The notes under the pieces are model-generated. The model was given only the letters and a program-made list of their open reading frames with translations. It searched no databases and was not told where the DNA came from. DNA of 64,000 nucleotides from Heptranchias perlo (lineage: Eukaryota), in NCBI RefSeq assembly GCF_035084215.1, contig NC_090338.1, forward strand, positions 53,444,001 to 53,508,000, given 5' to 3'. The position numbers and the translations under genes are program-made. This document shows, one piece after another, positions 12,290-24,990 of the stretch (positions are counted from its first letter, which is position 1; each line of letters begins with the position of its first letter).

Positions 12290-14570
12290 CAATTGTAAAG
12301 GGTAAGTCATATCTAACAAACCTAGTTGAATTTTTTGAGAAGGTAACTAACGTGGTAGATGAGGGAGTGTCTATGGATGTTATTTATATGGACTTCCAGA
12401 AGGCATTTGATAAGGTTCTATGTAAGAGACTGTTAACAAAAATGAGAGCACATGGAATTGGAGGTAACCTGTTGACATGGGTGGAGAATTGGTTAGGAGG
12501 TAGGAGATAGTGGGTATTTACTCAAATTGGCAGGATGTGACTAGTGGTTTCCTCCAGGAATCTGTACTGGGGTCTCAGCTTTTCACTATATTTATAAATA
12601 ACTTGGATGAAAGAATAGAGAGCTGTATATCCAAGTTTACTGATGACACCAAGTTAGGTGGCACAGTAAATAGTATAGATGGAAGCAGAAAGTTGCAAAG
12701 GGACATTGACCGTTTAAGCGAGTAGGCAAAACTGTGGTAGATGGAGTTCAATGTAGGGAAGTATGAGGCCATCCACTTCGGACCTAAGAAAGATAGATCA
12801 GAATATTTTCTAACTGGCGAGAAGCTAGGAACTGTGGAGGATCAGAGAGATTTAGGGGTCCAAGTACAGAAATCACTAAAAGCTAGTGGACAGGTACAAA
12901 AAATAATTTAAAAGGCTAATGGAATGTTGGCCTTTATCACAAGAGGGCTGGAATACAAAGGGGTGGAAGTTATGTTACAGCTGTGCAGAGCTCTGATTAG
13001 ACCCCATCTGGAGTACTGCATTCAGTTCTGGGCACCGCACCTCAGGGAGGATATATTGGCCTTGGAGGGGGCGCAGCGCAGATTCATCAGAATAATACTG
13101 GGGCTAAATGGGTTAAATTATGGAGTCAGGTTGTATAGGCTAGGCATGTATTCCCTTGAGTATAGAAGATTAAGGAATGATCTAATTGAGGTATTTAAGA
13201 TGATTAAAGGAATTGATAAGGTAAGTAGAGAGAAACTATTTCTTCTGGTGGGGGAGTCCAGAACAAAGGGGAATAGCCTTAAAATTAGAGCTAGGATGCT
13301 CAGGAGTGATGTCAGGAAGAACTTCTTCACACAAAGGGTAGTGGAAATCTGGAACTCTCTCCCCCAAAAAGCTGTTGAGAGTAGTTCAACGGTAAATTTG
13401 CTGGACATTGCTGCAGGAGTTCCTCAGGGCAGTGTCCTAGGCCCAACCATCTTCAGTTGCTTCATCAATGACCTTCCCTCCATCATAAGTTCAGAAATGG
13501 GGATGCTCACTGATGATTGCACAGTGTTCAGTTCCATTCGCAACCCCTCAAATAATGAAGCAGTCCGAGCCCGCATGCAGCAAGACCTGGACAACATCCA
13601 GGCTTGGGCTGAGAGGTGGCAAGTAACATTCACGCCAGACAAGTGCCAGGCAATGACCATCTCCAATAAGAGAGAGTCTAATCACCTACCCTTGACATTT
13701 AACGGCATTAACATCGCCAAATCCCCCACCATCAACATCCTGGGGGTCACCATTGACCAGAAACTTAACTAGACCAGCCACATAAATACTGTGGCTACAT
13801 GAGCAGGTCAGAGGCTGGGTATTCTGCGGCGAGTGACTCATCTCCTGATTCCCCAAAACCTTTCCACCATCTACAAGGCACAAGTCAGGAGTGTGATGGA
13901 ATACTCTCCACTTGCTTGGATGAGTGCAGCTCCAACAACACTCAAGAAGCTCGACATCATCCAGGACAAAGCAGCCCGCTTGATTGGCACCTCATCCACC
14001 ACCCTAAACATTCACTCCCTTCACCACTGGCGCACTGTGACTGCAGTGTGTACCATCCACAGGATGCACTGCAGCAACTCGCCAAGACTTCTTCGACAGC
14101 ACCTCCCAAACCCGCGACCTCGACCACCTAGAAGGACAAGAGCAGCAGGCACTGGGAACACCACCACCTGCACGTTCCCCTCCAAGTCACACACCATCCC
14201 GACTTGGAAATATATCGCCGTTCCTTCATCGTCGCTGAGTCAAAATCCTGGAACTCCCTTCCTAACAGCACTGTGGGAGAACCTTCACCACACGGACTGC
14301 AGCGGTTCAAGAAGGCGGCTCACCACCACCTTCTCAAGGGCAATTAGGGATGGGCAATAAATGCTGGCCTCGCCAGCGACGCCCACATCCCATGAACGAA
14401 TAAAAAAAAAATTTCACACTGAGATTTATAGATTTTTGTTAGGTAAGGGTAGTAAGGGTTACGGAACCAAGGTGGGTAGATGGAGTTATGGTACAGATCA
14501 GCCATGATCTAATTGAATGGCGGAACAGGCTTGAGGGGTTGAATGGCCTACTCCTGTTCCTATGTTCCTA
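12290..14570 (+). mobile_element. CR1 LINE 3' half, split by LINE insertion at 13400-14408
   Basis: RT motifs ([27 protein letters not shown]); 3' UTR resumes at about 14411 and ends ...CCTACTCCTGTTCCTATGTTCCTA. Confidence 0.88.
13400..14408 (+). mobile_element. Second non-LTR LINE family (CR1-group RT, poly-A tailed), 5'-truncated
   Basis: [20 protein letters not shown]...TDDC; ends CCCATGAACGAATAAAAAAAA; flanked by AAATTT at 13394-13399 and 14409-14414 (likely TSD). Confidence 0.85.
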
Positions 14571-15094
14571 CAACAAACCATAACAGATGGCTGGGAGTGT
14601 GTTGAAAATGAATTATAAGTACACGAGTATAATAACCTAGTAAGAGGGACACTACAGTTCAATAAAACAAACTCTCTGATCATATCTGAATACCACACAT
14701 TTTTTCGCAGCAAAATCTGCCATAAAATGCACACTCTTTCACAAACCATGAGAACCAAAATGGTGGCAGTTATTTTGGAAAAGGAAAAATTGGCACTGGT
14801 GACTGAACATACAAAATCCAACAGCAAAGCCCAGGATAGGAAGAGATTGAAAATTGTATACATTATTTTTAAAAAGGGCTAGGTATCAGTTTAAAACTAT
14901 AATACATTCTTGAGCTTTTGCGGACTATAAAAACTGCTCTAGCTTTAATGGTTTATGACACAATTCAAACTTCAAGTATGTTGCCGGCTGGTAGAAGCAG
15001 CCATCTGTTATTTTCTGTCAAAGACACTTAAGATTACAGATTATGTGGTTAACAAATCCTGAGCACTTCAAGAATATTGTTCAAGTTGCTCTCA

Positions 15095-15490
15095 TTATAG
15101 TGAATAGCCAAATTATATAGACCAGGAATGTCACAGGTTCGATTTCCAGTCTGTTATGAGTTAGCTGATCGCAAACAGGATGACAGTAGGAATTCTACAA
15201 TTGACTTCAGCTACCAGGTTAGGTAAGGGAAAAAAAAATTCTAGTCAACATTCCTACTCCGATTATTATTCAGCTGTCCCTGCTAGAAGAGTGTGCCTGT
15301 GTAGACGTTAATGGAAGTCGAGGTCAGGACCAGGACCAGCTGTGATGCCTCCTATTGTCGAACAGAGTGTTGAACCTCATTGTCTAGACTCACATATGAA
15401 TAATTGTCACTTGGTGCTCAAGGGTGCCTGCTGCCTGTGGAACTGAACACCAGTAAGGAGTCAATACCTTCAGGATGGGAGGAAAGAATA
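15095..15490 (+). mobile_element. Old SINE-like family B copy
   Basis: B-box-like GGTTCGATTTCC near 15137 followed by GAGTTAGCTGATC; reverse-complement matches to 19590-20200, 29290-30110, 38790-39010, 58310-58640. Confidence 0.6.
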
Positions 15491-16111
15491 TTGGTAAATA
15501 GGGAAAATAATTACCTGAATAAAAAGGTTGTATTAAAACCATTTTGTATTTTTTTATAAGGCACAGAGTCTTCCATTTTCATGTTCAGTTCTATTATTCG
15601 AGTTGTGCTATTGGAGTGTACCTCTTCCATTATTGTTGTTATGACATCTCATGTTTGACATCAGGTATTTTTTTTTGAAAAAGTAGATTGGTGAGGGTAC
15701 TAAACAATAAAATGTGTCTTTTTTTACAAGATAGAAATAGAATTCTTCAGATAAAAATTGTACTTTGATATACTAAATTACATGACTCCTGTAGGATATA
15801 CATTGTACACCATGGGGGTTAAATTGGATAACCCCCCAAACCAAGCGCAGGGGTCGTGGTGCACGATTAACCCGCGCCTGGTGATTGAGATGCAGGCAGC
15901 ACATGAGATTCGTGCTGGATGATAATCTCCATGATTTCTGCGTGTAGCCAGCGCTACCTGCGCTGCTGAGTGGCTGCACTCACCAGCAGGGGGCCTGATA
16001 TGTAGCGTGGTCAGCACTACTTAAAGGCAGCCTGCACCTCTTAAGGCGGAGGTGCACTGTGACTGTAGGAAGTGCATTGTCAATTTAATCGGTGGTGGAA
16101 GAGAAATAATA

Positions 16112-17894
16112 ATGGCTGGACCAGCGAGAGAGCGTGCACCAAGGTTCTCACATGATGCACTAGAGGCCTTGGTGCATGAGGTGGCTGCACGGAGGCCCTC
16201 CAGACACATGCTGCGGAGCCAGTGGGAGGAAGTGGCGCTGAAAGTGAATGCCAGGAGCAGTGCACCACGCACGTGGACGCAGTGCAGGAAAATGTTCAAT
16301 AATTTGACACAAGTGGTCAAGGTGAGTGAATTCAACTGTCAAGTGGCATATCCTACCAAATGCATCATTGCTCCACGTATGACACTCCCCGTCACCCATC
16401 CACCAACAAACACTTTCCATCCATACACAACACTGCGAATCAGATGCTGCATCTCACCCTCACATAGTACCACTCTTGCAAGCCACACACTCACAACTCA
16501 CAGGTCACACACACTGGCAGCTATTCAAGCATGACAGCCACATCACCCAAACACCTTGCAGGACATTCACTGACGCACTGCCCTCTGTCTTGCAGGAGAA
16601 GATGGTGCATAACAGCCGGCAGCAGGAAAGACCTGGGGGAAGACACGTCCTCACCCCCATGGAGGAGACAGTGCTGGCCATCATTGGGCGGGCCATCGCA
16701 GTGGCCGTGGCCACTGGCAGTGCTGGAAGTATCGACGATGAGGGTCTCTGCATACATAATCCTCCTTCTCATTTCCCACATCTCCCTCATCCCGCAATCT
16801 TTTCTGACTCAGGTACTGCAGATGGTGTCAGCACGCACGTCTTTCCTCTCCCCGCTCCACAACTCAACCCATCTCCCTTTGTCATTGCAGCTACCCAAGA
16901 ACTGGAGCCGGCACCATCCGAGGTGGAGGAGGAGGACAGTGATAATGAAGCCACACCGCCACTTGATCTGACACTCGCGTCCACCAGCTCGGAGACTGAC
17001 ATTACACGTAGTGTAGAGGCTAGGTTAGAGGAGGGATCTGCACGTGATGAGACACCGGGCACAAGGGAACGGATACCACATGTGCCAGTTTACTGGAAGG
17101 CAATGTCACACACTAGTTCTGCTGCAGAGGAGTCAGATGATGACTTCGATGGGCCAGGCTACAGAAGAAGGCTGATGGGCGTACACAGCCAGATGCTTGG
17201 TGCACTGGAAAGTCTTCCAGAAGGCCTGCACACAATGTCAAGGGGCATGGAAGAGTCCACCTCGAACTTGGCACAGGGCTTTGTGCAGAGCTTGGAGCCC
17301 ATCCTTTCCCACATGGCATGGGTGGTCACCTTCATCGTCATACCTGTGGAACCCACCATGATGCAGCGTCTGATGACCGATGTCACAGCTTCCATTGCAG
17401 ACTTCTGCCATCCAAGGTCTGACTGCTGCCTTGGAAGTTCAGACTGCTGCTATTGTGGTTCTGGATTCCACTGTGGAACGGGACTTCCAGGGCGTCACAG
17501 CACTCCAGCAATCTGTTCCCCAGCTGATCACCATGATTGCTGAGGCGCCACCCCAGGAGAGTGGCAGTGGCACAATAGCAGACGAACCTGTTGTCCTCTC
17601 TCAGGATGACAGCATTCCTCCTCCCACCCCTGCCACTCAGCCAATGCCCTTGCTGTTGCCTGTCAGCCAGCTAGGCCAGACTGTTGCAGCCCACGCCGAG
17701 ATGGTGGAATCTGAAGCCTAGCTCTCTCAGCCCAGAGCTGCTTGAGGTCATCCCTTGAGGCCATCAATTGAAGGTCACGAGCCTTCCACCTCCCATGCTC
17801 CAGCCACAGGGGATGCACCTCGTAGGAGCACTAGGAAAGGAAATGGCCCACAAACGACAGGCACTAAGGGAATGCACAAGGGTGAAAAGTGTAA
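16112..17894 (+). pseudogene. Harbinger Myb/SANT-like DNA-binding protein gene, 3 exons (16112-16321, 16596-16743, 16891 to about 17894), frameshifted near 17400
   Basis: RAPRFSHDALEALV...WEEVALKVNARSSAPRTWTQCRKMFNNL, donor AAG|GTGAGT at 16322, acceptor TTGCAG|GAG at 16595 giving in-frame EKMVHN...PGG...LTPMEETVLAIIG; phase-1 intron 16744-16890; 3' end approximate. Confidence 0.8.
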
Positions 17895-17969
17895 TGTTGT
17901 ATACGTGATCTCATGTGTTAATTTATAAATTTGTATTTGAAGTCACAGTGGATGGCCGGTGGCAAGGGC

Positions 17970-18965
17970 TGTCCTCTCATTAGGGCGAGGTTGTGCAGCA
18001 TAGAAAGACGAATTTTGACACCCGCTCAGTGGAATACTGCAGGGCTCCTCCAAAATGGTCCAGGCAGCGGAAGCATTGCTTTAGGACGCCTATGTGATGC
18101 TTCGTGTGGCCACGTGGCTCTCATTGTACGCCTGCTCTGCACTTGTACTTGTGTTCCTGACCGGAGGCATGAGCCACTTCATGAGGGGATACCCCTTGTT
18201 GCCCAGTAGCCAGCCTTTAACCGGCTGAAAGACAGGTGGGACATTGAACTGCTGCATAATGAAGGCGTCATGACTGCTGCCAGGGTAGTGGGCATTGACC
18301 TGCATGCTGCGCTGCGTGTGGTCGCACACCAGCTGCACACTGAGGGAGTGGAACCCCTTTCTGTTCATGAAGATGGCTGAGTTGAGATGTGGAGCATGCA
18401 TGGCAATATGTGTGCAGTCAATGACACCCTGCACCATGGGGAAGCTTGCAATGCGAGCAAACCCTTGTACTCACTCATTCTGCTTCTCTCTGTCAATAGG
18501 GAATGTGACGAATCTGTTGTGCAGCTCATACAGAGCCTCCGTGACCTCCCTTATGCAGCAGTGCACTGCAAACTGTGAGATGTTGCACATATCACCAGCA
18601 GCAGCCTGAAAGGATCCAGAGCTGTAAAAGTTTAGCGCCAAGGTTACCTTTACAGCCACAGGCAATGCTGTCCTTGCACTGCTCTGAGCCAGCAGTTATG
18701 GCCACAGCAATTGACATATCTCTGTCACAACCTCTTTCGTGAACCGCAGCTGTCGGATGCACTGATCTTTGCTCAGATTGAGGTGAGAGAATTGGTCCCT
18801 GAAAGCCCTCATTGGATATGGCCTCCTGCTCAGTGCCCTGTGCCTGTTCCTCCTCCTCCTCCCTCTTCTCGCAGTTTGACCTGCTTTGCGTGGCCTCTCT
18901 GCATGCTCCCAATCGTGTTCAATGCCCAGCGGGAGCCCGAGCAGGCCACCTATGGTTGGCAGCAA
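17970..18965 (-). pseudogene. Harbinger (HARBI1-like, DDE_Tnp_4) transposase, inactivated
   Basis: ORFs 18696-18965, 18471-18665, 18090-18437 are one frame broken by stops: LRFTKE, KVTLALNFYSSGSFQ, GVIDCTHI, NRKGFHSLSVQLVCD, PGSSHDAFI, LLGNKGY (catalytic D changed to N). Confidence 0.92.
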
Positions 18966-19589
18966 CCTTGTTCAGGGCACTGTTTTAAATGCCACCAACA
19001 GTAATGCAGGACCAGTCAGGCCACTCTCTGTATAGTATTGCAACTTTCTCCCAAGTATAGGAGACCTCCAAAAACAGGTACAAGTGCATTAGCAGCCAGA
19101 AGCAATAATTCAGCAAGTAACTTGCAACACCTGCACGCTCCCTTTAAATGGTGCTGGTGGGGGGTCCTCCATTCTGTTTACGACCTGTTCAGCTGTGCGA
19201 GGTTAAGACAGTGCATTGGCTGGAGCGTTGAGTTCCAAAATCGCCTCTGTCCCTTTAAATCAGCATTGCACACTGATCTACTGCATATTCTCCTTACTTT
19301 ACTTGGTGCTGGCGTTCGTTATCTGCATGTGCATGAACGCCATTTTGGGTTCTTAGGAATCCACATAGCGCCTACACAATGGACGCTACGCAACCCAATT
19401 TAGAGCTTCATGTGCTCCTGAGCCTATTGCATTCCCATTTCTAATCCACAGTCACTCTTTTACAGTAATTACTGTGATTTTTTTGTTGACTTGATGCTTT
19501 TTGTCTCTTTCCTTAATTTTCTATTCTCTCCTGAAAGTGTTGGCATGCTGGCATACAGTGCCCCATGATGCTGGCAGAGCTCTGTTATT

Positions 19590-20200
19590 TTGTTCAGTTG
19601 GGCATTCTTCAGGTTTGAGTGCTGGCAATGAGTATCAGCAAGCTGTTCGACCATGTGGGAGGGGGAAGAGACTATCACAGCTGAGCCCAATCCTATTCTC
19701 ACACACATGCACTTTCCAGCAGGGTCACTTGATAGGAGATAAGGAATGAGAATCCTGGCCAGTCCCTAGGACAAACTGTAGGGTCCTACAGCTTCTGGCT
19801 GAGATCAACTGATAGGGGAGTCTATAACGAGGGGGCATAGATTTAAGGTGAGAGGGGAGAGATACAAAAGGGTCCAGAGGGGCAATTTTTTCACTCAAAA
19901 GGGTGGTGAGTGTCTGGAACGAGCTGCCAGAGGCAGTAGTAGAGGTGGGTACAATTTTGTCTTTTAAAAAGCAGTTGGACAGCTACATGGGTAAGATGGG
20001 TATGGAGGGATATGGGCCAAGTGCAGGCAATTGGGACTAGCTTAGTGGTATAAACTGGGCGACATGGACATGTTGGGCCGAAGGGCCTGTTTCCATGTTG
20101 TAACTTCTATGATTCTATGATTCTATGATTAATACAGGTTGGGGATAAAGCCTGAGACCTTCCTAGTCTGTATGACATAGTGTATTTAACCATCAGAGCT
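19590..20200 (-). mobile_element. SINE-like family B copy split by a CR1 3' fragment
   Basis: TCACAGCTGAGCCCAATCCT...GGCTGAGATCAACTGAT then, after the insert, ...GAGACCTTCCTAGTCTGTATG. Confidence 0.55.
19812..20130 (+). mobile_element. CR1 3' end with (TTCTATGA)n tail
   Basis: RGHRFKV.../FFTQ...VWNELP remnants; octamer tail TTCTATGA x3 at 20105-20128. Confidence 0.88.
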
Positions 20201-20808
20201 TTTAAATAGATATCCTTTTATGTCACATCTTGTCATTCCCTGCCTACTATCATTTTTTGGATAAAATTTCATACACACGTGCACTACCATTATTTTCGTC
20301 ACATTTGTCAGATACAAATGTTAAGTCCTTCTAAAAGGTAAAGGAAAAAATCTCTAATAAAACATGTCCACTGAAAAAAGTGATTGTCTTATTGGAGTGA
20401 ACTCCCATTATTGTTATTTTACAATTATCGGCACAGAATTTCCTGGACTTACGCTGTAAATTACACTGTTTTATGCCCCGATCTTCATGTTGTGAACTTA
20501 CTCCAAAATTTCCTGGAAAAGTAATTTGAATATGCTGCAGCGAGCATAATGGCCAATCAGGGACCTCAGAAGCCACACAATTAAGTAGATCAATATTAGT
20601 GTGACCTGAGTCACAGAATTCTGAATTTCAAATTCTTTCACTATACTGAACTTGAATACTTGCAGAAAATTGTGTGAGTTATGGACACATTCAGCTGCTG
20701 TATTCAGTTTTCAGGAACATTCTAAGTTACAGATTTTTTTTTAATCATTTATTTAGAATATGACATTAGTCATTTAAGCTACCTAAAAAGTCTCAGATTA
20801 AACAAACG

Positions 20809-22078
20809 AGGGTCAAAATTTCACCCATTGCGTATATTCACAAATCTTTGAAGGTGGCAGGGCAAGTTGAAAAGGCAGTTAAGAAAGCATATGGGAAACT
20901 TGGCTTTGTAAATAGGGGCATTGAATGCAAAAACAAGGAAGTCATGTTAAACCTTTACGAATCACTGGTTCGGCCTCAGCTGGGGTATTGTGTACAATTC
21001 TGGGCACTACACTTTAGGAAGGATGTCAAGGACTTGGAGAGGGTACAGAGGTTTACCAGGATGATACCAGGGATGAGAAACTTCAGTTATGTGGAGAGAT
21101 TTGAGAAGCTGGGATTGTTCTCCTTGGAGCGGAGAAGGTTAAGGGGAGACCTTATAGAGGTATTCAAAATTATGAGGGGTTTTGATAGAGCAAATAGGTA
21201 GAAACTGTTTCCTCTGGCAAGTGGGTGGGTAACCAGAAGTCATAAATTTAAAATAATTGACAAAAGAACTAGAGGGGAAATGTGGAGAATGTTTTCACAC
21301 AGAGGGTTGTTAAGATCTGGAACGCACTTCCTGAAAGGGTGGTGGAAGCAGATTCAATAGGAACTTTCAAAAGGCAACTGGACATGTACTTGAAGAGAAC
21401 TAATCTGCAGGGTTATGGGGAAAAAGCAAGGGTGTGGGACTAAATTGGACAGCTCTGGTATAGGCGCGACAGGCCGAATGGCCTCCTTCTGTGCTGTAAG
21501 ATTCTATGAGTCTATGATTTCTGGAGCGCAAAGTGGGGGCAAAAAGGTCCAATTTCGAAGATTATGTCCCACGCCCCAAGGGCGCCTGAAGTACATCCAA
21601 TGCCATAATGACTTGGGTGATATTGAGGCATCCTTGGCAGCCACCTTAAAGGGGCGTTAGGCCCCTTACGAAACCAGTCTGAAACCGAGTGGAGCATGTG
21701 CCGACATGATCTGCTCAGTTTTTCCAGTTCCTTTTGCGGCCTAACCAGTGGTCCTTAAAGGGACTTCTGGAGGCCGTCAACATAAAGTTAATTTTTTTTT
21801 TAAACTTACCTTAATGTGGATCCAGGAGGAGCAGGAATGGTCCTTCTGGCTCTATAGCACTACTGCAGGTCGCAGCTGGCCCGCGCTCAACCTCCCTCCC
21901 ATTCGCCTCCTCCGCATCCCAGGGCTTGGCTCATATTGGCCCAGAGGAAACTGGCGAGCTTCCTCAGGAGTCCCAACAAGCGCCCACAGCTCACCGGAAT
22001 TATTCAGAAGAGGCCTGAGGCCCAATTACGAAGGAGCCTCAGACCTCCGGATTCTGGTGTACGCTGTAATTTCTCCCC
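20809..22078. mobile_element. Probable Harbinger-type MITE interrupted by a CR1
   Basis: Ends GGGTCAAAATT (about 20810) and AATTTCTCCCC (22068-22078); interior shares CCTAACCAGTGGTCCTTAAAGGG and the GGAGCAGGA motif with 31060-31165. Confidence 0.5.
20833..21520 (+). mobile_element. CR1 3' fragment
   Basis: ORF 20848-21201 (RPQLGYCVQFW...RRLRGDLIEVFK) and tail ATTCTATGAGTCTATGATT. Confidence 0.9.
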
Positions 22079-22189
22079 TGCTCTCACTTTCATCAATGGC
22101 ATGTGTAGGCACTTCAATGCTCTACACCACGCACAAAATGTAGACTAAACCTAACACACAATGACAAAGAAGAATTTTGATTGGTTTTA

Positions 22190-22700
22190 CATAGAATTTT
22201 GCAGCACAGAAACAGGCCATTAGGCCCAACAGGTCTATGCCAGTGTTTATGCTCCATACGAGCCTCCTCCCACTCTATCAAAATATCCTTCTATTGCTTC
22301 CTCCCTCATGTACTTATCTAGCTTCCCCTTAAATGCATCAATGCTATTCTCCTCAACCACTCCAAATGGTAGAGTTCCACATTCTCACCACGCTCCGAGT
22401 AAAGAAGTTTGCCCTGAATTCCTTATTGGATTTATTAGTGACCATCTTATATTTATGGCCCCTAGTTTTGGACTCCCCTACAAGTGGAAACATCTTCTCT
22501 ACATCAATTATCGAACCCCTTCATAATTTTAAAGACCTTTATCAGGACACCTCTCAGTCTTCTCTTTTCTAGAGAAAAGAGCCCCAGCCTGTTCACTCTT
22601 GCCTGATAGAAGTACCCTCTCAGTTCTGGTATTATGCTTGTAAATCTTATTTGCATTTTCTCCAGTGCTTCTATTTCCTTATTGAAATATGGAGACCAGG
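22190..22700 (-). mobile_element. CR1 3' fragment
   Basis: Reverse CR1 3' UTR (CAGCACAGAAACAGGCCAT) and C-terminal ORF2 remnants; similar to 53285-53590. Confidence 0.8.
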
Positions 22701-23739
22701 TTTTAGCTAAGAATTAAAAATATCAAGAGAGAGCAGACATTTTATTTTACTTTAATCAATTATTTTAAGCTCATCAAGTTTTTGGCAGGGAAACTGAAAG
22801 TGACAACAATAGTAGGATTCCACTGCAACTCAGCTAAGAATACGCTATATTTGTTCCCGAAATGGAACACTCTGATAAAACAGATTTATACGAATTTTAC
22901 CTCGTAAGGATTGCAGAGTGCTAACTTTACAGTAGAAGTTTTGCTTTCGTAATTTTCTCCTGCAGGACGGCTTCGAACATCACTGCTGAGGCCCAAAAGG
23001 AAGTAATGCTTCTCAGCTGAAGGAGAACTCTCAGGGAGGGGCGGGGCGAAGAGGGAGAAGAGTAAAAGAGGGAAAGCAGAGGGATGTCATACCAAATTTA
23101 GAAAAATATATATCATAGGAGACATTGGAGGCCTAACATACTTTTTTTTAATGCTCCTATCCACTAACCCCAAAGAGCAGTATGTTAAGCCTTTGCATTG
23201 CCAGTAATTGGAACAATATTTTACATCATTTATACAACCAATACACATCAGCACAGATATGGTTAATACTTTTTTCTCAAGACTAAATTTAGTTGAAGAT
23301 TTTCTATGAATGTATCATCAGGTTCATTTTATTTGCGTGCTGTGCTTCATTACAGGACTACTCATTTTAATTTAAGCATGCCAGAAGGTACATGCAAATG
23401 AGTAGCATGACTAAGCAAACCGGAATACTCAGGCTATTTCATAAATATGCTAAGCACGTTTCTTTTTCTGAAAATTATTTCACAGACCTAGTTACCACAA
23501 TACCACATTTTGTTTTTGTTTGAAGAGCCTTAGATATCATTCTTACTCCTCCCCATAAACATTTATTCCATACAGTTGTGAAAATGGGGAAAAATACAAA
23601 TGCCCCATCCTGCAGCAACGGAAGTATGTTTATTTAATATATTTTCATACATTAATAAGACCCAAATCATTTAACCTCTGAATGGAAACTCCATTGACTG
23701 CACCGCTGCATTATAAAATCACTCCCAATTAGGAATAGA

Positions 23740-24135
23740 CTTGAACTTATATAATCCTTCATCACATTCTCAGGGTGTTTCAAATGCTTCACAACGAATG
23801 GATTATTTCATGAAATGTAGTCACTGTTACATAGCCAAGCACACCAGACAATTGCTCACAGCAAGGTCCTACAAACAGCAAATAAGATGAATGACCGGTT
23901 AATTTTTGAAGGGCGGGGAGAACTCCCCGCCCTTCAAAAATTAGTGCTCGAAGATCTTTTACATCAAACTGAACAAGCAGACGGGGTGTCAGTTAAATGT
24001 CTCAGTTGAGAGACAGGACCTCCAATAATGCAGCATTTCCTCAGTACTGCACTGAAACGCAAGCTTTGATAACGTGCTCGATTCTTGGAGTGGGACTTGA
24101 ACCCTTGACCTTTTGACTCCGGCTGACACTTGGCT
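23740..24135 (-). mobile_element. DeuSINE-like SINE copy containing a perfect palindrome
   Basis: Colinear with 1158-1530 (GTAGTCACTG, CAGCAAGGTCC, TTAAATGTCTC, GGAGTGGGACTTGAACCC). Confidence 0.75.
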
Positions 24136-24990
24136 CACAACATCTAAAATACATCTCAAGCCTCATGTATATTTGTTGCTCTATAAATGTAGGTTTGTTC
24201 AAAGACTTCAGGAGCTTCAAATCTTAAGATAAAAGTAAACAATACCAATAATTTTCAGAATACCAACCTTTGGACTAATGAATTTTATCAGTGTTGGATC
24301 AAAGTAAGCCTTCTGATTCCTGGTGCCATTTGAAAGGCCCTGTACAGCTACAGAGGGAGGTGAGTGAGTACGGCACTCTTGACAGGCTGGAACATTATAA
24401 GCGTCAACCTAACAACATTGAGAGGATGCTAACCTGAGCATTAAACTTGAAATAAATATCAAAGGAGATGCAAAAATGCAAATTCACCACATTCTTACAA
24501 CAAAAATATTAGAAAGTATTGTTAAAAACATATTATTAAAGAATCTGTAACATCTTGCAGCTGTTTTGGCACAGAGATGTGACACCTGAAAGAGCTAGAA
24601 TAGTAATTTCTAGTAGCAATGAAGCCCAAATGTTGCAGCACAAATACAGCATTGGCCATGTGTTAAAGTAAGCAAACAAAAACAAATACCATAATGGTAC
24701 ACTCTACATATTTTCTTAATTGCAAGCAAGTACAGCCAGCATAGAAACTTTACTGACTTTAAAAAAACGGCAATTGACTCAATTTTTGCCATCATTATCA
24801 GTACTGTGAACAACATAGTGGTATGGCAAAAGTATCAATAGGACTATTTGGTTTGCATACCACAAATTGTTGGCAATACTAGATTTGAATTAAATATACT
24901 CAAACAGACTGTGTTTCCTGAAGGTCTCTTGTTCAGTCTGATATACCAGTTCATTCATCCATTGCACAAGTAGTTTACTACCATAACATG

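Larger units (their letters stand above)
15815..19409. mobile_element. Full-length autonomous-type PIF/Harbinger DNA transposon (decayed)
   Basis: Convergent Myb/SANT gene (+) and DDE transposase (-); degenerate TIR core TAAATTGG (15820-15827) / CCAATTTA (19395-19402); CATG flanks both ends (3-bp TSD CAT or ATG); sharp GC rise relative to flanks. Confidence 0.85.

Noticed and set aside
12924-13772. 282-aa ORF as a functional gene
   Set aside because: Accidental in-frame fusion of two LINE fragments at an insertion junction
17970-18965. Domesticated HARBI1 host gene
   Set aside because: Multiple stops, mutated catalytic residue, and embedded between transposon ends with a Myb partner
23275-23325. 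Minus-strand CTGATGA...GAAA minimal hammerhead
   Set aside because: Stem III and stem I do not form adjacent to the core; likely chance
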